A stretch of DNA of 64,000 nucleotides from Candidatus Bathyarchaeota archaeon (GTDB lineage Archaea; Thermoproteota; Bathyarchaeia; Bathyarchaeales; Bathycorpusculaceae), in NCBI GenBank assembly GCA_963702095.1, contig OY969706.1:800001-864000 (forward strand), written 5' to 3'. Position 1 is the first letter of the stretch. Each line of letters opens with the position of its first letter. Below, one piece after another: positions 57,845 through 64,000 of this stretch. Made by a program: the position numbers and the translations under genes. The notes below the pieces were generated by a model that was not told where the DNA came from, ran no database searches, and worked only from the letters and a program-made list of their open reading frames with translations.

Positions 57845-58045
57845 TTTTTGAAAATGCGTTCGGCATGCAACGCCACATCCACACGTCAACCAATCCAACA
57901 TGAACCCATGCTGGGCATGTGGAGAAAATCACTCTTCCCACACTGAAATAACAATAGGAATTCAGCCCAAACCCAAAAAGCAATCCAATTCTCAAGCAAT
58001 CTCGTGGTGCTCCGTAAACCGCCACCCACATAAAGTGAGAAAAAG
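57845..58045 (+). repeat. Dispersed repeat family A, copy 5
   Basis: TTTTGAAAATGCGTTCGGCATGC...CATGTGGAGAAAA...GTGGTGCTCCGTAAACCGCCACCCACATAAAG; starts 4 nt after the tRNA 3' duplicate. Confidence 0.85.
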
Positions 58046-58538
58046 AGGGTTAGGTGATGTAGGGGGTCTTTTTTTGTTTTTTTGGTTCTCTGGGGGAGTC
58101 ACCCCAGGTTAGGAGCCACTGGTTAGGGTCCGAAGAGAGGGGGTTACGGGAACATGGTGACTTCGGTGAACTGCGCGCCCTTAGCATCCTTACAGGCGGC
58201 AAGCAAATTCTTAAGTAAGTCATCGCTCCAATCACACATAATCCAAGCCTCCTCCCCCAAAGAATCAGTAGCTACCCAACGCAAAAATAATCCCCAACCG
58301 CCAACCCCATCACCGGACAACTCTCATCAACCTCCGCATAACCCCAACCATATGCACCCTAAAAACACCCGCCCCCCAAATCACCAAAACGAACCCCATC
58401 CACAAACACCCACAAAAACCCTCCAACAAAGCTGCTTCCCAAACCAAACACCAACAAAAAAACCACATCACCAAAACAAAAACTGTACACCCGTACAACA
58501 ACCCTGCAACATAAGACAGCACCACACAATACTTATAT

Positions 58539-58556
58539 TTAAGTCTTAAGACTTAA
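58539..58556. promoter_or_regulatory. Perfect 18-bp palindrome next to the TATA-like box upstream of ftsZ
   Basis: CTTATAT followed by TTAAGTCTTAAGACTTAA. Confidence 0.55.
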
Positions 58557-58557
58557 G

Positions 58558-59664
58558 ATGTATATATCTAAGCGGGGGATTAATATCTTAAACGAACAGC
58601 AAGAAAATGTGTATCAAGAAACTCCATTTGTTGAGACTCAAGAGGAAAAGATTGAGAAATATGCCAGGATGGCGGTGCCGACTGTTGCTGCCGTTGGTTT
58701 AGGTGGCGGTGGTTGTAACGTTATTAGCTGGTGTAAGGAAAAAGGGATTTCTGGTGGTAAGTTGGTTGCGGTGAATACTGATGCTACGCATCTTCGGATT
58801 GTTAAGGCGGACAAGAGGATTCTGATCGGCGAGAAGATTACTCGCGGGTTGGGTGCTGGTGGTTACCCTGAGGTGGGTGAGCGTGCTCTGTATGAATCAG
58901 CGAACGAGGTTATTCATGAGTTGACTAAGTCGAACATTATATTCTTGGTTGCTGGACTCGGCGGAGGCACAGGCACTGGTTCAATCGTTGGTTTAGCTGA
59001 TGTTTTGCGTAAGAGATTCGCAGACGCTCCAATGGCGCCTTTGATCGTCGGCGTCGTCACCTTGCCGTTTGAAGTTGAAACTGCAAGAATGGCCGCAGCT
59101 AAAAAAGGGTTGAGCCGCCTCAAATCAGTATGCGACTCAGTTGTGGTCATCGACAACAACCGACTGGTCAAAGTAGCAGGCAACCTGCCCTTCAGAGAAG
59201 CCTTAGGCGTCGCCAACACAACTGTGGGCAAATTCGTTAAAGGCGTAACAGAAACCATCACCACAGCGAGCTTAATCAACCTCGACTATGCAGACCTCAA
59301 AGCAATCATGAGCGGCTCCGGCTTGGCATCCATCGGCATCGGCGAAGGCAGCGGCGAAAGCCGCGTTGAAGGCGCAGTTGACAAAGCCCTAAACGGACGA
59401 CTCTTAGACATCGAAGACGTAACCAAAGCCAAAGGACTCCTAATCCACGTCTCAGGCGGCGAAGACCTAACACTGAGCGAAGTCAACCGAGCAGCAGAAA
59501 TCATGAAACGCAGCCTGCCACCAAACGTAAAAATCATTTGGGGCGCACGCGTTGACCCAGAACTCAAAGGCGCAGTCTCAGTCATGGCAGTCGTCACCGG
59601 CGTCGAAAGCGCATTCCTCAAAAAGAGCGAAAAACACATCGGCAGACTAAAATTCAACCTCTAA
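58558..59664 (+). CDS. ftsZ: Cell division GTPase FtsZ (start uncertain)
   Basis: GLGGGGCN, NTD, GLGAGG.P, GLGGGTGTG, DNN, INLDYAD, IWGA. Confidence 0.95.
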   Translation: MYISKRGINILNEQQENVYQETPFVETQEEKIEKYARMAVPTVAAVGLGGGGCNVISWCKEKGISGGKLVAVNTDATHLRIVKADKRILIGEKITRGLGAGGYPEVGERALYESANEVIHELTKSNIIFLVAGLGGGTGTGSIVGLADVLRKRFADAPMAPLIVGVVTLPFEVETARMAAAKKGLSRLKSVCDSVVVIDNNRLVKVAGNLPFREALGVANTTVGKFVKGVTETITTASLINLDYADLKAIMSGSGLASIGIGEGSGESRVEGAVDKALNGRLLDIEDVTKAKGLLIHVSGGEDLTLSEVNRAAEIMKRSLPPNVKIIWGARVDPELKGAVSVMAVVTGVESAFLKKSEKHIGRLKFNL

Positions 59665-59754
59665 ACCCAAGTTTAGAGCTCAACAACTTTTTCTTTTCTT
59701 TTTTGTCTATAATTCTATCACCAGTTCTCAAACCAACATATCACAGAACACAAC

Positions 59755-59960
59755 CTGTTCTTTCTCTTTATGTGGGTGTGGTGGCTTATGGGATGCCACA
59801 AGAAGGCAGCAGAGAGCGGTTGCTTTTTGCGGAAGCATTGTGTTTCGGCTTCTGTTTCGGTGTGGGATAATCGATTTCTTGCACACATGGTGCATGGTTC
59901 TATGTTGAAGCGGTCGGGATGTGTGTGAATGCATGTATCTTTTGTCTTTTTAGCGTGGCA
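59755..59960 (-). repeat. Dispersed repeat family A, copy 6
   Basis: TTCTCTTTATGTGGGTGTGG...TCTGTTTCGGTGTGG...GTGTGAATGCATG. Confidence 0.85.
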
Positions 59961-60171
59961 GTGAATGGTAATGGTCAGCGCATTGCAAGCGGACACTAGC
60001 ATAGCCCAAGTCATGGCAACTTCTGCCAGCTCTCACTTCCAACCCAACCGAACCAAAAAACCTCAGGATATCCCTCTTCTATGGGTCACTTAAACAAAAA
60101 AAGCGTATGAAAGAATACTTAGGCTATTCTTCCTTGTTTGGGTACTTATGCTAGGCTTGCTTCGTCAACCA

Positions 60172-60268
60172 GGTGCGCTGTGCCGTCTGGGCAATAAACT
60201 TTTTCGCCCAAGTTGACTCTGCGGTATCTTTGCATGCAGACCCGTATTAGTCCGCATCCGTCGCAATC
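60172..60268 (+). repeat. Repeat family C, copy 2
   Basis: GTGCCGTCTGGGCA at 60180-60193; GTCCGCATCCGTCGCAAT at 60250-60267. Confidence 0.55.
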
Positions 60269-60418
60269 TCGCGAAATCACTTATGTTTCACTCCTCTCCC
60301 TTCGCGGATTGGATAGACAGGGTCATGAATGGATTTAAGTTATTTTACATCTTAGTGCTGGGTGCTGCGGTAACCTTAAGTGGGGGCAAACTGTTTTGGC
60401 TCTTGGAAATCGGTTGAA

Positions 60419-60922
60419 ATGGATACCCTAGCCTTTGCAAACCTGGTCTTAGACGTAGCCAGCATAGTAAACTTTATTGCTCTTCTTTGGATGCTGCGGG
60501 CAATACTTAAAAACCGAAATTACCTAAGAGGCTTCAGCGCGATAGGGTCTTTTTTAACTTTCATATCATTGGTGGGGTTTGAATTGGCTTATCACCTGTT
60601 GGGAAACGTGGTGGGTTTCGCTTTTGGCTTAGGAACCGTGTCTTTCTGGTTCATCGTATTTGTTTACACTCTCAGACAGGAACTAAGAGATCGAAAAAAA
60701 ACCAGTCACAGGCGCTCAACTGATTGGAAACTGAATCTTGAATTGTGTACCTTTGCCTTCGGTGCTTTCAAAACCTATGGAGCCGCCATGCGCCTCGATG
60801 ACGCGTTTGCACACGGCCAGACCGAACCCTTGTCCCCGTGGTTTAGTCGTGAACAATGGGGTAAAAATCTGGTTTCTTATTTTTTCAGCTATGCCGACAC
60901 CGGTGTCTTGTACAGTGACTGA
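60419..60922 (+). CDS. Small three-TM membrane protein; 3' end overlaps the kinase by ~200 nt, so the true stop is uncertain
   Basis: Three hydrophobic helices followed by RQELRDRKK. Confidence 0.5.
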   Translation: MDTLAFANLVLDVASIVNFIALLWMLRAILKNRNYLRGFSAIGSFLTFISLVGFELAYHLLGNVVGFAFGLGTVSFWFIVFVYTLRQELRDRKKTSHRRSTDWKLNLELCTFAFGAFKTYGAAMRLDDAFAHGQTEPLSPWFSREQWGKNLVSYFFSYADTGVLYSD

Positions 60923-62746
60923 TATTTGACCTTGGGGTTTTACTTGTGCGGTGATGTTTAGGTTGCCGCCGTTTGGCATCGCCTGCACAGCGTTAGTGAC
61001 CAGGTTGATTAGGACACGTTTTAGGAGTTGGGGGTCCGCTTTTATCTGGGGAAAATGACCCATAACTTGGGTTTCTACCATTATGTTGCTGGGTACGGCG
61101 ACGGTTTCTAAAACGTTGGTTATGAGGTCTTTTAGGTTGACGGGTTCTTTGTCTATTTTTACAGGCACCACAAACGCTTGCAGGTCTGAAACGATCTTGT
61201 CCATGTAGCCGATTTGTTCTTCAATAACGCGTATGCTTTCCTGCAGGTTGCTCTTTGCTTCGCCCGATGCCAGAGAATCCACGTCGCCCTTCGCCAGGTA
61301 CAGTTCGCCGGTTAAGGTTTGAAGGGGGTTGCGTAGGTCATGTCCAACCATGCCTGCGGTTTGTCCAATAGCGACTAAACGTTCCGTATCTTTAAGCTGC
61401 TTTGTGCGGTCTTGAATAATTTGTTCCAGTACCCCTGCTTGCCTCTCCAAGCTTTTCTGAAGTGCTTTTTGCTCGCTGATATCTCGGACAATGGACCATA
61501 TGCCTATGACTTTTCCTTTTCCATCAGTTAACCGCCAGGTTCTAACTGAAGCAGGAAAAACTGAACCATCCTCTCGTATGTATTCTCGCTCAAAAACAAA
61601 TGATCTGCCAGTCTGGATTACTTTGCTCGTAATTTTTTCCCTTTGCTCATGCCACTTTTCAGGCAGCAACTGCTTAACCGTTAACTGTTTTAGCTCTTTC
61701 TTGGTGTACCCCAACATTTTAGCGTAGGCTTGGTTGCAGTCAATCATTTTTCCCTCGAGGTCACGAGCCATAATTCCATCACGGGTTGTCTCATACAACC
61801 GCCTGTACCTTTTCTCCGCGGAAATCAGCGCCTGTTCTGCTTTTTTGCTTTCGGTTACATTGTGAGCAACTACTAGTGCGCCCCGTGGTTTTCCGTTCGC
61901 CCACATTAGCCTGACCTCAAAAACCCCCCAAAGGTCGCTTCCATCTTTAGTTTTTATGCGGTACTCAACCGTGGGGTTTACTTTTTTTCCCTCGGAGAGT
62001 CTTTGGAGTCGTTGTTCGAAGAGTCGCCTGCTTTCGGGATATAGCAGGTCCAAGGGGTTCATGTTTAATAGTTCTTGTTCGCTGTACCCCAAAAAATGGC
62101 ATACGGCATCGTTTACGTTTTTGAATTTTGAAGCCTGATAATCTATCTCGTAGATTCCTGTGGGCGCATGTTTTAGGAGGTAACGATATTTCTGTAGGCT
62201 CTCTTTTAAGTCCGCTTCAATTTGCCTACGTTCAGAGAGCTTCCGTTGATTTGCAAGTTTCTGATCAGTAATATCCATCAACGATGATATGCAATAACCC
62301 TTTTTTGGGCAATGAACGGTGGAGAAGTAGTAGCTCTTGCTGTTAGGATAGTGGACCTCAAATCCTTGAGGTATTCCCGTCGTCGCCACCCTGCCACAAA
62401 CAGAGACCCAGTTTACTGGACCATTTTCAATTCGCGGGTAAGCTTCGGCGAAGGTTCTATTGATCAATTGTTCTCTTTTTATTCCAAGGGCTTTTGAGAA
62501 TTCAGGGTTAACGTCAAGCGTTATGAAATCTACTGGAACGCCGTTTCTATCGTAAATAATTTTCTTTAACGCTATTCCCACAGATAAATTGTTAAAGAAA
62601 AACTCGAAGTGCCTGCGATTAACTGCTAACTCTTCAAAATAATCCTCTGCTGCTTTATCCTGGTCTATGATTTTTCTGGATACCTTTACGGTAGGAATCT
62701 GTTTTTTCGCTGTTTTCTGGGAAGTTTCGATAGTTGGCGACTTCAC
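60716..62746 (-). CDS. Cytoplasmic multi-PAS sensor histidine kinase
   Basis: Three PAS/PAC repeats, HDLRNPL, NL..NA, DTG.G, F.PLFTTK..GQGFGL. Confidence 0.93.
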   Translation of the reverse strand: MKSPTIETSQKTAKKQIPTVKVSRKIIDQDKAAEDYFEELAVNRRHFEFFFNNLSVGIALKKIIYDRNGVPVDFITLDVNPEFSKALGIKREQLINRTFAEAYPRIENGPVNWVSVCGRVATTGIPQGFEVHYPNSKSYYFSTVHCPKKGYCISSLMDITDQKLANQRKLSERRQIEADLKESLQKYRYLLKHAPTGIYEIDYQASKFKNVNDAVCHFLGYSEQELLNMNPLDLLYPESRRLFEQRLQRLSEGKKVNPTVEYRIKTKDGSDLWGVFEVRLMWANGKPRGALVVAHNVTESKKAEQALISAEKRYRRLYETTRDGIMARDLEGKMIDCNQAYAKMLGYTKKELKQLTVKQLLPEKWHEQREKITSKVIQTGRSFVFEREYIREDGSVFPASVRTWRLTDGKGKVIGIWSIVRDISEQKALQKSLERQAGVLEQIIQDRTKQLKDTERLVAIGQTAGMVGHDLRNPLQTLTGELYLAKGDVDSLASGEAKSNLQESIRVIEEQIGYMDKIVSDLQAFVVPVKIDKEPVNLKDLITNVLETVAVPSNIMVETQVMGHFPQIKADPQLLKRVLINLVTNAVQAMPNGGNLNITAQVKPQGQISVTVQDTGVGIAEKIRNQIFTPLFTTKPRGQGFGLAVCKRVIEAHGGSIGFESTEGKGTQFKIQFPIS

Positions 62747-62854
62747 CTATCAGAGAACCCCATTCATAGTTGGGGGTTGTTTGAATAAAAAACTTTCCAA
62801 TATTTCCTTTTTCAACAGTCATTTTATAACTATATTTAATGAAAATTAGACAAA

Positions 62855-63736
62855 TCATTCTCTGTTGCCATTTAAAACGATTGAATATCTAAAGACACCG
62901 TTAGTCGGCGCCAACGAATAACTTAAACCAGCCCAAGAAAACCGCCGCATAGTACGCTCCCAACCCCGAAAAAGCCGCGCATCCACCCTTTTTTTTAGTG
63001 TAAAAGAAAGCAATCCATTACTGGTCTGCAGAGACGCCGCAGAAGCAGACACAGGGTCCCATGCGCCAATCTGTTTGCCTACCAAAGCGTTGCCGCTGCT
63101 GTCAACGTATTTTTGGAAGATACCCGAACCCTGCTCATTTAAAACTAGGATTTCTTGGCAATTGTTGAGGGTAACCTTGGAAAAGTCTGCTTCAACCTCG
63201 ATGCCGAAAGGTTGACAGTGGTACCGCACCGTGATTGTTCCCCTCGGCTTAACGGTTTGGAACTCGGTTTTTATTTTGAATAATTGGCGGGTTTCCATTA
63301 TTTTGTTGAAGAGAAAGTTAAGGTTTTTGTGTTTTAAATATAGACGCTGAAAGATTTTTCTAAGCGTTGAGTAAACATTATCGTTGATAGGGGTTGATTC
63401 ACCCAAAGTCTTGACTGACACAGTATTGAGGTTAAAGACTTTGGTGAGGATACAACCGCCGGATTCGCTCTCCTCAAAACTGACTTCCGCAGCATTGGAA
63501 AAAAAGGTTTTATCAGCGTACTTCACTATCGGAAGACCCAACCCTACGCCTTCCTCAATCAACTCTCTGTCCCCCCACAGCAGCACCAGCCCTTTTTGCA
63601 GCGACGCTGTTTCAAGGCAGCTGGGACGGCAATCCCTGTAGAGACGCACAGACAACCGACTCGAGAAGGGCACGGTGTATTGTTCTAGAAGACTGGTTGA
63701 AGCAAGGTTTGTTGGCAAAACAGCACCAAAAAACAA
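62855..63736 (-). CDS. Hypothetical protein
   Basis: 293 aa ORF with LQKGL, EEG.G.G.P, NEQG, WAGL motifs. Confidence 0.7.
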   Translation of the reverse strand: MFFGAVLPTNLASTSLLEQYTVPFSSRLSVRLYRDCRPSCLETASLQKGLVLLWGDRELIEEGVGLGLPIVKYADKTFFSNAAEVSFEESESGGCILTKVFNLNTVSVKTLGESTPINDNVYSTLRKIFQRLYLKHKNLNFLFNKIMETRQLFKIKTEFQTVKPRGTITVRYHCQPFGIEVEADFSKVTLNNCQEILVLNEQGSGIFQKYVDSSGNALVGKQIGAWDPVSASAASLQTSNGLLSFTLKKRVDARLFRGWERTMRRFSWAGLSYSLAPTNGVFRYSIVLNGNRE

Positions 63737-63773
63737 TTTGGCTATCCATCAACACATATAGGTGCATTGGCAA

Positions 63774-64000
63774 TTAAGACTGTTTCCTTTTAGCCGCGGC
63801 AGGCTGGTTCGAACCAACCTTAAAAAGTATGCCTAACGCGACGATGTACCAGACCACAGTGATTGCGAACCGAACCGCAAGCCGAACCGTGCCAAAATCA
63901 ACGTCAAAAGCCTCCTTAAGCGGTATAACAGGCGGATACACCAGAAAAAACAGTTGCGGCAAAGAGGCATTGAGAACAAGAAAGGCCAGTGGAACAATCC
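63774..64000 (-). CDS. Membrane protein, C-terminal part (begins beyond window)
   Basis: Open frame to the window edge; hydrophobic helices + basic tail. Confidence 0.6.
   Translation of the reverse strand, partial: IVPLAFLVLNASLPQLFFLVYPPVIPLKEAFDVDFGTVRLAVRFAITVVWYIVALGILFKVGSNQPAAAKRKQS

Noticed and set aside
57091-58045. CRISPR array
   Set aside because: Repeats are long, irregularly spaced and tRNA-derived; no constant 25-40 bp repeat-spacer period and no cas genes.
58154-58549. Pro/His/Gln/Asn-rich ORF upstream of ftsZ
   Set aside because: A/C-only low-complexity DNA lacks stop codons by composition; no coding evidence.
8045-59934. ORFs ending in ...HTHIKR or containing HTETDAK as a small-protein family
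   Set aside because: They are translations of repeat A; starts and frames differ between copies and homopolymer indels shift the frame freely.
60716-60922. Genuine 200-nt convergent overlap of membrane protein and kinase
   Set aside because: The extension follows an A8 run and reads as antisense of the HATPase domain; likely an indel artefact or a neutral extension.

Overview
Archaeal chromosomal segment, most consistent with Bathyarchaeia (TACK): pheST, mch, npdG, radA, Rqc2, Lhr, orc1/cdc6, gatDE, elp3, rps30e, ftsZ and a multi-PAS kinase. Housekeeping genes alternate with accessory patches: two TA modules, secreted proteins with C-terminal anchors, a GH5, an exosortase fusion, an IS relic and a small island at tRNA-Leu(CAG). 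Several genes, including gatE and elp3, are broken by single-base indels, probably sequencing errors. Main observations: (1) a dispersed ~200-280 bp non-coding repeat family A (7 copies) physically tied to duplicated tRNA-Leu 3' ends, behaving like a miniature tRNA-targeting element; (2) a second dispersed ~130 bp repeat family B (5 copies) whose hairpin is kept while its sequence changes; (3) an aRF1 paralog that keeps GGQ but has lost all three stop-codon-reading motifs, tail-to-tail with a beta-CASP nuclease; (4) an SGNH-AT3-SGNH cassette resembling a split OatA-type O-acetylation system; (5) unannotated microproteins and candidate structured RNAs. All alignments and folds were done by eye; no database searches were run.
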